Origin: Candidatus Latescibacterota bacterium
GTDB taxonomy: Bacteria > Latescibacterota > UBA2968 > UBA8231
NCBI GenBank assembly: GCA_963422735.1
Contig: OY730476.1
Location: 512,001 to 576,000 of the forward strand
Direction: 5' to 3'
Length of the DNA stretch: 64,000 bases
The position numbers and the translations under genes were made by a program. Positions 10,458 through 19,719 of the stretch are shown piece after piece. How positions within the stretch are numbered: position 1 is the stretch's first letter; every line of letters starts with the position of its first letter. The notes below the pieces were generated by a model. The model did no database searches. It was not told the DNA's origin and saw nothing but the letters and a program-made list of their open reading frames with translations.

Positions 10458-11535
10458 CTTTTCGCTCACATTCGCACTCGTTCTGTTGTCTTTTGCCACC
10501 CCCAGTCCAGTTCTCGCCCACAAGCTCAACACCAGTTACACGAATTTGATCGCGGAAGAAGCTGCGCTCAAAGTGCGCGTGCGCATGGACGATTTCGACC
10601 TCCTGAAAGTTGGCATCGATCAAAACGGGGACAGCCTGCTGTTCTACGAAGAGATGGTGGCCGGCCTCGACGACATGTTTGCCTTTGTCGAAGGGCAGAT
10701 GCGCCTGCGGGCCAACGGCCAGCCGCTCACCCTCGTGCGCGACAGGGGGGACATTACCCCGGACAACAAGGACAATATGTTTGCCAACTTGTACTTCAGC
10801 GCCGAGTTGGAGGATCCAGTTGGCGAGCTGGAGGTCTGGATCGGCTGGCCGGCGCACTTTGGGGACGCGCACAAAAACTTGGCCAGAATCACGTTGCCCG
10901 GTCAGCCGCTCGTCCAAGCCGTGTTTTCGGCGGAATCGCCTCAGCAGACCTTTGCCGGGCAAAAGTCGCTGTGGGAGCATATATACGAGTTCACGGTCCT
11001 CGGGGTGGAGCACATTTTTCTCGGCTACGACCACGTCATGTTTCTGCTGGCACTGATCGTGGTGGGCGGTCGGCTACTCAGTTTGGTCAAGGTCGTCACC
11101 GCCTTCACTGTTGCCCACAGCATCACCCTCTGCTTGGCGGCCCTTGAAGTCGTCCGCCTGCCGAGCGAGTGGATCGAGGCTGGCATCGCCTCGAGCATCG
11201 TGTACGTCGCGGTGGAAAATTTCTGGCTCAAGCGCACGGATTACCGCTGGATGATCACCTTTGCCTTTGGGCTGGTCCACGGGTTTGGCTTTGCCAGTGT
11301 ACTGCGCGAGTTGGGGCTGCCCACGCGAGGGCTAGTCACTTCGCTGTTTGCGTTCAACGCCGGCGTGGAAATCGGCCAAGTAGCCATTGTCGCGCTCGTC
11401 TTTCCGTTGGTTGCTTGGCTCAGCCGGCAGCCCTATCAGCGCAAGGTAGTTTTGGGGGTGTCGGCCGTTATTGGGCTTTTCGGATTGGGCTGGTTTATAG
11501 AGCGGGTTTTTGAACTGGAATACATGCCGCTGTAA
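10441..11535 (+). CDS. HupE/UreJ-family membrane protein with periplasmic N-terminal domain
   Basis: Signal peptide ending in AH; GVEHIFLGYDH, TAFTVAHSITL, FGLVHGFGFA and FNAGVEIGQ motifs. Confidence 0.88.
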   Translation: MKTRLSFSLTFALVLLSFATPSPVLAHKLNTSYTNLIAEEAALKVRVRMDDFDLLKVGIDQNGDSLLFYEEMVAGLDDMFAFVEGQMRLRANGQPLTLVRDRGDITPDNKDNMFANLYFSAELEDPVGELEVWIGWPAHFGDAHKNLARITLPGQPLVQAVFSAESPQQTFAGQKSLWEHIYEFTVLGVEHIFLGYDHVMFLLALIVVGGRLLSLVKVVTAFTVAHSITLCLAALEVVRLPSEWIEAGIASSIVYVAVENFWLKRTDYRWMITFAFGLVHGFGFASVLRELGLPTRGLVTSLFAFNAGVEIGQVAIVALVFPLVAWLSRQPYQRKVVLGVSAVIGLFGLGWFIERVFELEYMPL

Positions 11536-11539
11536 GGCT

Positions 11540-11870
11540 TGTTACTCGGTCGATTATCACCAGCAAGAAGCAGAAATCATTAAACAAGGGCAGGAGCCAT
11601 AAAGCACAGAAGGAAAGCGGATCGCGGCATGGTCCCTTGGCTAAACGACGAGCAAGAGTCGCTGTTATTGGAGTATAAGCGGAGTATTGAGCGGCGGGAA
11701 GAACAGCGAAGGGCAGAGCAAGAGCGGCTCAGGTTCTCTAATCTTTTTGAACTGTCTAGGAAGGCTATGAATACCGAGCTAAGTGTATGTTTCCCGCTTC
11801 CGAAACTGAATGAGGACGACATATAGCTTGTCGAAAAATGGTACCCTTCGGGGAAAACTGGACTACATGC
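11540..11870 (+). pseudogene. Lower-GC fragment of an unknown gene (includes the 65-aa ORF 11629..11826)
   Basis: Coiled-coil-like reading interrupted by stops; composition differs from the flanks. Confidence 0.3.
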
Positions 11871-11891
11871 CGCAGTGAGCGTCGGCGGCGA

Positions 11892-12075
11892 AAAATCGGC
11901 GAATGAGCCGTCCTCGGGGTGGCGATGCATCGTCCGCTGCCGCTAGGGATTGTGGTGGTTGGCCGCCTTTAGGCTCGCTGGGTTGATCTCCACGTCCAGC
12001 CTCGGCCCTCGGACAGTCCCACAAATCCATCCTTCATTTGCAAGAGGGCTATGATGAAGTTGGGGTTCCGGCAGC
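11892..12075 (-). pseudogene. Degenerate second copy of the 3' end of the enolase-superfamily gene at 12808..13938
   Basis: Aligns by eye with ~12811..13030 (shared ccacaaatccatccttcatttgcaa; encodes ..MHRHPEDGSFADF); has a TGG>TAG change and an internal deletion. Confidence 0.85.
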
Positions 12076-12079
12076 GAAC

Positions 12080-12397
12080 TCAACTGGCTGTTTTTTGCAG
12101 GGGTTCAAAAGAGACTTGAACCTGTTTGTTCAAGGCGGCGGCGATTCGCCGAAGCATGGCAAGTGGGTCCCCTTCGTAGTCTGCGTTTTCAAGTTTACAT
12201 ATCGCAGATGTTGATGTACCGCTCTTTTTTGCCAATGCCCGTTGGGATAGGCCAAGTTGAGTTCTGAGTTGATAGAGTTCAGCAGCGACTTCGGCGCCTA
12301 TCCGTTCTTTCTTGACTAGGACTTCCATTTCCGAATCGCCCTCAATATAGTGCTTGTGAAGAATATCCACGGCATCTGTGGTCTTTTTGGCGTCCAT
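12080..12397 (-). CDS. XRE/HTH antitoxin (HigA-like)
   Basis: LRTQLGLSQRALAKKSGTSTSAICKLENADY HTH; overlaps the toxin stop. Confidence 0.85.
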   Translation of the reverse strand: MDAKKTTDAVDILHKHYIEGDSEMEVLVKKERIGAEVAAELYQLRTQLGLSQRALAKKSGTSTSAICKLENADYEGDPLAMLRRIAAALNKQVQVSFEPLQKTAS

Positions 12398-12771
12398 TAT
12401 CCATTCTCCTCCGAATAGGTGTGTTGCTCGGGGTTATGCTCGAAGGTTCTTTTTCTTTGCATAGCGAGGTCGATTTCTGCGGGAGGTATGCGCTGGCCTT
12501 TAACAATTCTGTGTGAGATCACAGCGGTATTTCGCCGATAAAAAAAGTAGAGAAGCCGATACTGAACGCTGCGGTACGCAATGCGAAGCTCGTAAATATC
12601 GTCTCTCAAATAGTCGGCTTCAGGTCTCCTAAGTTCATGCCCTAATTCTCTAAGTCGCTCGATTTTCACGATACATTTGGCTCTGATCTTAGGGAATAGA
12701 TCGTCGAGCCAAGTCAGGACCGGAATGGTTCCGTTCGCATCTTGATAGAATATAACTTGGATTTGCGGCAT
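12397..12771 (-). CDS. RelE/ParE-superfamily toxin (HigB/Gp49-like)
   Basis: LRRPEADYLRDDIYELR and YRLLYFF motifs; toxin-first gene order. Confidence 0.87.
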   Translation of the reverse strand: MPQIQVIFYQDANGTIPVLTWLDDLFPKIRAKCIVKIERLRELGHELRRPEADYLRDDIYELRIAYRSVQYRLLYFFYRRNTAVISHRIVKGQRIPPAEIDLAMQRKRTFEHNPEQHTYSEENG

Positions 12772-12807
12772 TGAGTATTGCGGTTTTTCTAACTCTAATC
12801 TCCAATT

Positions 12808-13938
12808 CTAAAAATCCGCGAATGAACCGTCTTCTGGGTGGCGGCGCATCGTCCGCTGCCGCCAAGGCCCGCGGTGGGTAGCCGCCTCTAACCCTTCTGG
12901 GTCAATCTCCACACCCAGCCCCGGTCCTCGGGGCAATTCCACAAATCCATCCTTCATTTGCAAAGGGTTGGTAAAAAATCCTTCGCCGCCACCGCCACCG
13001 TATTCCATGATGAGGAAGTTGGGCGTACCGGCCATCGCGTGTACGGAGGCGACGATGCCGAGGGGGTCGGCGGCGTTGTGAGGCGCGACGGCGATCTCGT
13101 GGACTTCGGCTAAGGCGGCAATCTTCTTCATTTCGAGTAGGCCGCCGCAGTGGCGGATATCGGGTTGGATGATGGCTGCGGCCTTGCGCTCGCACAATTC
13201 GCGGAAGCCCCAGCGGGTGGCGCAGCGCTCGCCGGTGGCGATGGGGATGGAAGTCGAGTGCGTCAGTTCTAGCAGGGGGCCGATATGGTCGGTGGAACGG
13301 GTTGGTTCCTCAACGAAGAGTGGCTTTAGGGACTCGAGTTCGCGCAGGAGTACTTTGGCCAACGCCGGGCTGGTGGCGCGGTGGAAGTCGATGGCGATGT
13401 CGATATCGGGGCCGACGGCTTCGCGCATGGCCGCGATCAGGGACGCGACCCGCTCGATTCCCGCTGGGGTCTCGATGGGGCGCACAGGGTCGGGGAAGGG
13501 GGTGGTCTTGAGTGCTGTAAAGCCTTCTTCGACGCGCTGGCGGGCGGCTTGGGCGGCTTGCTCTGGGGTGGGGCCTCCGGCCGCTCCATAGACTCGGATT
13601 CTCTCGCGCACCGATCCGCCCAATAGCTGCCACACGGGTAGGCCAACGGTTTTGCCCAGCAAGTCTAGGCAGGCCATTTCTATGCCGCTGAGAGCCGCCA
13701 ACAGGATCGGCATTTGGCGGGAATAGCTGGAACGGTAGAGAGTCTGCCAGTGGTCTTCGATTTGCAGCGGATCGCGGCCGATCAGGTAATCGCCCATGTC
13801 GAGGATAGCCCGCTCCACCGTGCGGCCGTGCTCGTAGTTCATGGGCGCGCCCAAGCCCGTGAGACTGGCGTCGGTTTCGACTTGGAGCAAGAGGCCGCGA
13901 TTGTTGAGCGGCGTAACGTTGAAGCGGGTTATTTTCAT
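12808..13938 (-). CDS. Mandelate racemase/muconate lactonizing (galactonate dehydratase-like) enzyme
   Basis: ALSGIEMACLD, IAIDFH, FVEEP, IATGER, QPDIRHCGG, APHN and PRGPGLGVE motifs. Confidence 0.9.
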   Translation of the reverse strand: MKITRFNVTPLNNRGLLLQVETDASLTGLGAPMNYEHGRTVERAILDMGDYLIGRDPLQIEDHWQTLYRSSYSRQMPILLAALSGIEMACLDLLGKTVGLPVWQLLGGSVRERIRVYGAAGGPTPEQAAQAARQRVEEGFTALKTTPFPDPVRPIETPAGIERVASLIAAMREAVGPDIDIAIDFHRATSPALAKVLLRELESLKPLFVEEPTRSTDHIGPLLELTHSTSIPIATGERCATRWGFRELCERKAAAIIQPDIRHCGGLLEMKKIAALAEVHEIAVAPHNAADPLGIVASVHAMAGTPNFLIMEYGGGGGEGFFTNPLQMKDGFVELPRGPGLGVEIDPEGLEAATHRGPWRQRTMRRHPEDGSFADF

Positions 13939-14918
13939 TGCAGCCAGCCCTTGACTCGTGGATGGTCGAGGACTTCCGGGTTGAGGATGTGTTCGGGCTG
14001 GCGACCGGCGATGGCTGCTTCTACTTGCTCGATGCTCTTCGCGTCGAGGCGCATGGTGGATTCGACTGTAATGCCGGCGTTGTGGTTGGTGCAGATGATG
14101 CGGGGGTGATCCTTGTGGATGGCGCGGGTGTCGTTGACCGGATCGTCAACTACGTAGTAATAGAGTTTTTCCTCCTCGATGGCGCGGAGGACGTCCTCGT
14201 CGTTGACGAGATTGCCCCGCGAGGGATTGATCAGCGAGGCATGGGACTGCATCAGGCTGAGCAGGTCGTAGTGGACGATGGTATCGTCGCCCGAGACGTG
14301 GAGCGAGACCGTGTCGCACTCGCTGAACAGCGCTTGGGGTGAGTCGGCGACTTCGGCCCCGTATTGGGCGGCGATGTCGGCGATGTCGGGGCGGGTGTCA
14401 TAGACGAGCAGGCGACCGCCCGCGTCCAAGAGCGGCACGGCGCGCTTGGCCACCTCTTGGCCGATGCGACCGCAGCCGTACAGGCCGAGGGTGGTGTGTT
14501 GGGCCTCATAGGTGCGGATGATGGAGAAATTGCCCCGGTGGGAGAGGTGATTGAGGGTATAGACCCGCTTGAGGGTGGCCATCCACTGGGCGATGGCGTA
14601 TTCGGCGACGGCGTCCATGTGGACCGGCGTCACGGTGATAATTACGCCGTGGCGCGTGGCTTCTGGGACATTGACCTTGTCAAAGCCGACGCCCCAGCGG
14701 GCGACGATGCGCAAATCCTCGGCGGCTGCGTAAAATTCATCCGTATAGGCCGATGAACTGGCGATAGAGGCGATCAGGTCCGGGGCGTCGAAGGCGGTGA
14801 GGACGGCTGGCTCCGGGATGAGGGTGCCTAGGGAGCGGAGGTGTGCGAGGCCCTGTTCGCGCTCGCTGGAAGCGAATTCGGCGTTTTGGAACTGGGCGGT
14901 GAGCATGATGTTCGGCAT
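13935..14918 (-). CDS. D-isomer-specific 2-hydroxyacid dehydrogenase
   Basis: ARWGVGFDKV, GLYGCGRIG, VSLH, INPSRG and TNHNAG motifs. Confidence 0.88.
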   Translation of the reverse strand: MPNIMLTAQFQNAEFASSEREQGLAHLRSLGTLIPEPAVLTAFDAPDLIASIASSSAYTDEFYAAAEDLRIVARWGVGFDKVNVPEATRHGVIITVTPVHMDAVAEYAIAQWMATLKRVYTLNHLSHRGNFSIIRTYEAQHTTLGLYGCGRIGQEVAKRAVPLLDAGGRLLVYDTRPDIADIAAQYGAEVADSPQALFSECDTVSLHVSGDDTIVHYDLLSLMQSHASLINPSRGNLVNDEDVLRAIEEEKLYYYVVDDPVNDTRAIHKDHPRIICTNHNAGITVESTMRLDAKSIEQVEAAIAGRQPEHILNPEVLDHPRVKGWLQ

Positions 14919-14934
14919 GGATATTCCCTTGAAG

Positions 14935-15175
14935 TTGCAGCGATACTTTTAAGTGCTCGTGCAGCCAACCGACCGCCGCGTCCCAATTGGCTTTATCAGA
15001 AACGTCGATAGACAAACTTTTTTCTGCAATCCACCCGTTCTCCTTGTTGATTTCAACCCACTTTTCGTCTAGCCTAACGCTAACTTCCTTTGCTTTTGAG
15101 ACGGCCAAATTCAGCGGTCATCTTTTCGCTTTCTAACGACAGGTGAATGAGTTGCCTTCGCACATATAAACCGGA
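14935..15175 (-). pseudogene. Fragment resembling the C-terminus of DUF4268-type (nuclease-associated) domains
   Basis: AT-richer, frameshifted ..EFGRLKSK/EVSVRLDEKW..IDVSDKANWDAAVGWLHEHL. Confidence 0.35.
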
Positions 15176-15178
15176 AAA

Positions 15179-16051
15179 CTACTCCAGCTCATCTGCGGCT
15201 GGAATTGAATCCATAGCTCCCGGGCGGGTGACGGATAAGGCCGCGGCCTGCACGGCGCGGGTCATGGACTCTCGCGCCGTCATGTCGGCGATCAGGCCCT
15301 GAAGAAAATAGCCGATGAAGGTGTCTCCCGCCCCCGTCGTATCTATTGCTTCGATATGCGGTGCTAGAAGGTGGAATTCCTCGCGGTGGGTGCGGTATTG
15401 GACGCCGGCTGCGCCGAGGGTGAGGACGATTGCGGCGTATGGATAGGCAGCGGCAAGAGCGGCGAGAGCCTGCTCAGGGGTTTCTGCATCGACAAGGCTT
15501 TGGGCCTCAGTTTGATTGACCACGAGCCAATTAATGAGTTCGAGCGGGTAATCACGTACCTCTGGGCCGCAGGGCGCGGGATTTAAGCAGATGCGTAGCT
15601 CCCGTTTAGCGGCTGCGGCGATGATATACGGGATGTCATTTATCTCGTTCTGCAAAAGGAGTATATCCCTACGACCAAAATGGGATAGTGCAGCGTCTAT
15701 GGCCCCTTTGTCTATTTGGGCATTGGCCCCGGCGAAGAGGACGATGCTGTTTTGGCCTTGGCGATCAACTTGGATAATGGCGTGGCCGGTAGGTACATCG
15801 CCGACGCGGATGTGCTGCACATCCACGCCCAGCCCAGCCAATTTATCGACCAGCCATTGCCCGTCTGGCCCGACTTGGCCGGCGTGAAAGACGCTCGCGC
15901 CAGCGCGAGCAAGAGCCGCTGATTGATTGGCCCCCTTGCCGCCGGCAAAGACTTGGTGCGCCGAGCTGGCGATAGTCTCGCCCGGGCGGGCGATGTGCTC
16001 GACGCGATAGACGAGGTCGATGTTGAGCGAGCCGAAGTTGAGGATGGTCAT
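15179..16051 (-). CDS. rbsK: Ribokinase
   Basis: GSLNIDLV, GGKGANQS, LLQNE, NPAP and DTTGAGDTFIG motifs. Confidence 0.9.
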   Translation of the reverse strand: MTILNFGSLNIDLVYRVEHIARPGETIASSAHQVFAGGKGANQSAALARAGASVFHAGQVGPDGQWLVDKLAGLGVDVQHIRVGDVPTGHAIIQVDRQGQNSIVLFAGANAQIDKGAIDAALSHFGRRDILLLQNEINDIPYIIAAAAKRELRICLNPAPCGPEVRDYPLELINWLVVNQTEAQSLVDAETPEQALAALAAAYPYAAIVLTLGAAGVQYRTHREEFHLLAPHIEAIDTTGAGDTFIGYFLQGLIADMTARESMTRAVQAAALSVTRPGAMDSIPAADELE

Positions 16052-16084
16052 TGGGTTTGATAAAACGCCTCTAAGTCCCGTAGC

Positions 16085-16205
16085 ATCTTTAACGCTATCA
16101 GGCGATTTGCTGAATATCTCATACGCTTCTATCCCAAAGTCAAAACTGCTTGAAATATCCAGCGTAACGTGAGCTTTTCGATGTCCTCGATTTCATTCGA
16201 GGATG
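16085..16205 (-). pseudogene. N-terminal scrap of a putative SfiI-family restriction endonuclease
   Basis: Minus strand gives NEIEDIEKLTLRWIFQAV/(frameshift)DFGIEAYEIFSKSPDSVKD, recalling the N-terminal helix pattern of SfiI-like enzymes. Confidence 0.4.
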
Positions 16206-16208
16206 ATG

Positions 16209-16952
16209 TTATTTGGCTGTCGCCTCTCGGTAGGCAGCCTGCGCCGTGGCTTCCAAAAATCGCATATCGTTGCTGAGATCAATAAACTGGAAGCCCTCGG
16301 CGACGCGCTGTTTGACTTCGCTGGAGTCCTTGACCGGGATGCCGCTGGGCTTACCGGCTTGGGCGCAGCCGACGCGGAAAGCCTGTAAGGCGGCCTCGTG
16401 GTCGGGGTGGCCGGCGGCGACGCCCATGGACATGGCCAAGTCGCCCGGCCCGAGAAAGCCGATATCGACGCCTTTAACGCGGGCGATGGCCTCGGCATTT
16501 TCAATACCCTCCATGTCCTCGATCTGCGGGATGCAGAGGACGGCGTCGTCAAAGTGCTGGCGATAATCCGGGGCCAACGTGACGCAGCGGCCGGTGCCCA
16601 CCGACCGGTTGCCGCGCGGTGGGTAGCGCACGGCTTGGGCTAGCTTTTCGGCCTGTTCCGGGGTGCTGACGTGCGGAAAGACTAAGCCCCAAGCCCCGGC
16701 GTCGAGCAGGCGGGCGGCCGTGGTCGGGTCGTGGTCCCAGGCGCGGGCCAAGGGCAGGGCACCACGCGCTTCGATGGCGCGGAAGGTGTGGGCGATGTAG
16801 CCGAGGTCAAAGGCCGAGTGCTCGGCATCGACTACCAGCCATTTGAAGCCAGCCGCTGCCAAGACTTCGGCTGCCAACGGAGAGGTTAGGTTGAGCCAAG
16901 AGCCGATGGAAGGGTGCCCGGCGGCAAGTTGTTCTTTGATGGGATTTTGCAT
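16209..16952 (-). CDS. HpcH/HpaI-family aldolase
   Basis: VDAEHS, LLDAGAWG, YPPRGNRS, QIED and GPGDLAMSMG; start trimmed to MQNPIKEQL. Confidence 0.9.
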   Translation of the reverse strand: MQNPIKEQLAAGHPSIGSWLNLTSPLAAEVLAAAGFKWLVVDAEHSAFDLGYIAHTFRAIEARGALPLARAWDHDPTTAARLLDAGAWGLVFPHVSTPEQAEKLAQAVRYPPRGNRSVGTGRCVTLAPDYRQHFDDAVLCIPQIEDMEGIENAEAIARVKGVDIGFLGPGDLAMSMGVAAGHPDHEAALQAFRVGCAQAGKPSGIPVKDSSEVKQRVAEGFQFIDLSNDMRFLEATAQAAYREATAK

Positions 16953-17011
16953 GGAATACCTCGCCTGTGGATGCAATTGCGTTTGAGGTCTGAAGGCCGG
17001 CAGCGAGTGTC

Positions 17012-17298
17012 TCATCTCCGAACTTCTAACCACTGCTTCAAGGACTCTTGGCTCTCCCAGAGGGCCTACCCGCTAACAAGCCCTCCACGCTGATATCCTC
17101 GTCTGGTCGGGCCAGTGGATTCCTTGACCTACACCGATAAGCCGCCGGTTGCGTCTTTCTGCAGGTGTCGCATTCACTAGCCTCGGATACCAAGCCAACG
17201 GAACGGAGATGGTCCGCCCGTCGGAGAGATCCGCCATCAGGGTATCGTCGGTAACTTCCAAGTACTCAGCTTCCGGTAACTTCCCGCCTTTCGCTCAT
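17012..17298 (-). pseudogene. DUF2442 (TA-associated) pseudogene
   Basis: DLSDGRTISVPLAWYPRL..GIHWPD, then a frameshift into DEDISVEGLLAGRPSGESQESLKQWL*. Confidence 0.85.
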
Positions 17299-17308
17299 TT
17301 GTGTACGC

Positions 17309-17515
17309 TTACACCTCGACTAGGGCGACGGAAGTTTGCGGTTCAGGTACTGGGTCGCCGTGCTCCCGAAGTGATTCCAAGTGCATGATGATCGCTTCGC
17401 GGATCAATTCCTCCACTTCGACCTGCGAATCTCTGGCGGCGATGCAGCCCGGCAAATCGGACATATAAGCCGAGTAGCCGTTGCCAGTCTTTTCGATGAC
17501 GACACTGTATTGCAT
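17309..17515 (-). CDS. hicB: HicB-family antitoxin (short form)
   Basis: MQYSVVIEK..YSAY..DLPGCIA..IREAI..HLESLRE.G.PVPEP. Confidence 0.85.
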   Translation of the reverse strand: MQYSVVIEKTGNGYSAYMSDLPGCIAARDSQVEVEELIREAIIMHLESLREHGDPVPEPQTSVALVEV

Positions 17516-17517
17516 GG

Positions 17518-17700
17518 TTATTCTCCTCTGCCGAGTCCAGCCTGTTGCAGAATACTGTTCCAAGTTTTAGGTGCCAAATCCTTGCTTATCCTCAGTCCCC
17601 GATTTCTCAGGGTGCCGATATTGCCGATGGCTTCCACGAGTACGGTCCAACCTCCAGCCATCTCGCTCTACGATCCGTCTCGCATCTCTAACTTTGGCAT
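17518..17700 (-). pseudogene. hicA: HicA toxin pseudogene
   Basis: KVRD..ERDGW..RTRGSHRQYRHPEK, then a deletion/frameshift into KDLAPKTWNSILQQAGL; start codon is out of frame. Confidence 0.85.
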
Positions 17701-17804
17701 ACCTCAGCTCCGTCAGCCGCTCGCCATCTTCGCTACTGTGTCGCCGCGCCGCCTCCCGAAGCTGCGACAGGCCCCATCTAGAAGATGCTAGCGCGGTAAG
17801 ATGC

Positions 17805-18941
17805 CTAGCCGGGGGCAATCAGCTCGTCAACTTGCTCTTTGAGCACGTCGAGGACCACGTCGTACGGGAACTGGCCGATGAGCTGGGGGCCGCGCTTGAG
17901 GTTGACGAAGTTGGGCGCGCACCACAGCCCTAGGTCGGCGTCGTCGGTCTCGCCCGGGCCGTTGACCCGGCAGCCCATGACGGCGATGGTAATCTGGTGA
18001 TCGCGGGCGTACTCGGTTAGCTCGCGCACTTGGTGCGCTAGGTCGATGAAGGCTTCGTTTTCCACCCGCGAACAGGAAGGGCAGGAGATAATGTTCAGAC
18101 CGGCCGGGAGCGACTTGGGGACCGAGCGGAAGCGGCCCGAGTAAATGTCGTCGAGAATCTGCCGCCCGACTTTGATTTCCTCGCCCTTGTCGTCAAAAGG
18201 CAAGGTCAGCGAGACGCGAATGGTGTCGCCAATGCCGGCACTGATGAGCTGTTCAAAGGCAATGCGGGTCTTGATTACGCCTTCGGGGGGCATCCCGGCC
18301 TCGGTGACGCCGAGGTGCAGCGGCACATCGGGCCGCTCTTGGGCAAAGCGGGTGTTGGCGGCAATGACCTTGGCAGGATCGGAGTCTTTGAGCGAGACGC
18401 AGTAGCGGTGAAAGCCCAATGCGTCGAGCAGTTCGCAGTGCTCTAAGGCCGAGGCGATCATGGGCGCGATAGAGTCCTCAGCCGGAAAGCGCTCGGCTTG
18501 GGCCGGATCGACCGAGCCGCAGTTTATCCCCACGCGCAGGGCGCAGTCGTGCTTGGCCCCCTCATCCGCGATGAAGGCGACCTTGTCGGCGACCGGCTTG
18601 TCCTTTTCGTGGTGATAGAGGTGCCCGGGGTTGTAGCGTATTTTCTCCACGTGCGGTGCCACGCTGCGGACCAACCGGTAGTTTTCTTGCAGATCCACGG
18701 ACAGAGGCACGTCAACAGTCGGCGCGATTTGTGCGAGGGCCTCCACGTCTTTTTTGCTATCTACAGCAACGCGGATGACGTCCGCCCCGGCCTCGGCTAA
18801 GAGCCGGAGTTGGCGGATGGTGGCCTCGGTGTCTTGAGTGCGGGTAGCGGCCATGCTTTGCACGGCAATGGGATGGCCACCGCCGATGGTCGTACGGCCG
18901 ATTTGAACCTCGCGGGTGGGATTTCTCGTCGTTGGGTTCAT
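17805..18941 (-). CDS. ispG: (E)-4-hydroxy-3-methylbut-2-enyl-diphosphate synthase
   Basis: [35 protein letters not shown] and [10 protein letters not shown] motifs. Confidence 0.95.
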   Translation of the reverse strand: MNPTTRNPTREVQIGRTTIGGGHPIAVQSMAATRTQDTEATIRQLRLLAEAGADVIRVAVDSKKDVEALAQIAPTVDVPLSVDLQENYRLVRSVAPHVEKIRYNPGHLYHHEKDKPVADKVAFIADEGAKHDCALRVGINCGSVDPAQAERFPAEDSIAPMIASALEHCELLDALGFHRYCVSLKDSDPAKVIAANTRFAQERPDVPLHLGVTEAGMPPEGVIKTRIAFEQLISAGIGDTIRVSLTLPFDDKGEEIKVGRQILDDIYSGRFRSVPKSLPAGLNIISCPSCSRVENEAFIDLAHQVRELTEYARDHQITIAVMGCRVNGPGETDDADLGLWCAPNFVNLKRGPQLIGQFPYDVVLDVLKEQVDELIAPG

Positions 18942-18989
18942 GGCCCAAAAGTTAAACGCGAGGTCTTGTTTGTCAAAGGAAGAAACACA

Positions 18990-19350
18990 GCGGGGTGCTT
19001 GGTGGTGGATGGATTGGCGGAGCAGCCCCATGCGGGCTGGACCTACGCCGATATCACCGCGCGGCCCATGCGCCGGCAGGTCTTGACCATGCAGTGCATT
19101 GGCAACTGGATCGGAGGGCCGTTGGTGGGCAATGCCGAGTGGGGCGGTCGCTGTCCGAGGTGCTCAACATGGCCGAGATCAAGAGCGAGGCGATCCGGGT
19201 CGGCTATACTAAGTTGATTCCACATAGAGCGCACGCTCCGCGACCAGGTACTCCTCGCTTGGGAAATGAACGGCGAGCCGCTGCCATCGAAGCACGGGTT
19301 TCCCCTGCGCTTTATAAACCCCGGGCATTACGGCCAAAAGATGCCCCCTA
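18990..19350 (+). pseudogene. Molybdopterin-dependent oxidoreductase (sulfite oxidase/MsrP family) remnant
   Basis: Fragments in shifting frames: [22 protein letters not shown] and LLAWEMNGEPLPSKHGFPLRFINPGHYGQK. Confidence 0.8.
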
Positions 19351-19381
19351 GCTGGGAGGGCGGGATTGGCCGTCCGGCAGG

Positions 19382-19669
19382 CTAGTTTTCCGGGAACCAA
19401 GTTTGGATTTTGGCGCATATCGCGCGCGCTTGGGCGGAGCTTGACACCTCAAACTTGCTGCGCTGCAGAAAGGTGCCGTCGCGCTTCTGGTAGCGGCGAA
19501 TGGATATTTTGCGCGGGCCGTACTCACCGGTTTTGCGGTCGAGGTCTTGGTAGAGGTACATAACCGTCGCCCAAGCCCCCTTGCTGAGCACTTCCTTGGC
19601 CACTTCTTTGCGCAAGACTTTGCCGTCTTCCTCGTAGTGGATGGTGAGTTCGTCAATCGTTTCGGCCAT
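19382..19669 (-). CDS. Small hypothetical protein
   Basis: Host-like codon usage; KEVLSKGAWATVMYLYQD..RRYQKR reads like a conserved globular domain. Confidence 0.7.
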   Translation of the reverse strand: MAETIDELTIHYEEDGKVLRKEVAKEVLSKGAWATVMYLYQDLDRKTGEYGPRKISIRRYQKRDGTFLQRSKFEVSSSAQARAICAKIQTWFPEN

Positions 19670-19719
19670 TGTTAAACTCTACGTTGTGGATTGAAGGTTG
19701 GCATGCGTCTGCAGTGCTG

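Noticed and set aside
11536-17800. Integron cassette array explaining the TA genes and fragments
   Set aside because: No integron integrase and no recurring attC-like GTTRRRY inverted structures at the boundaries
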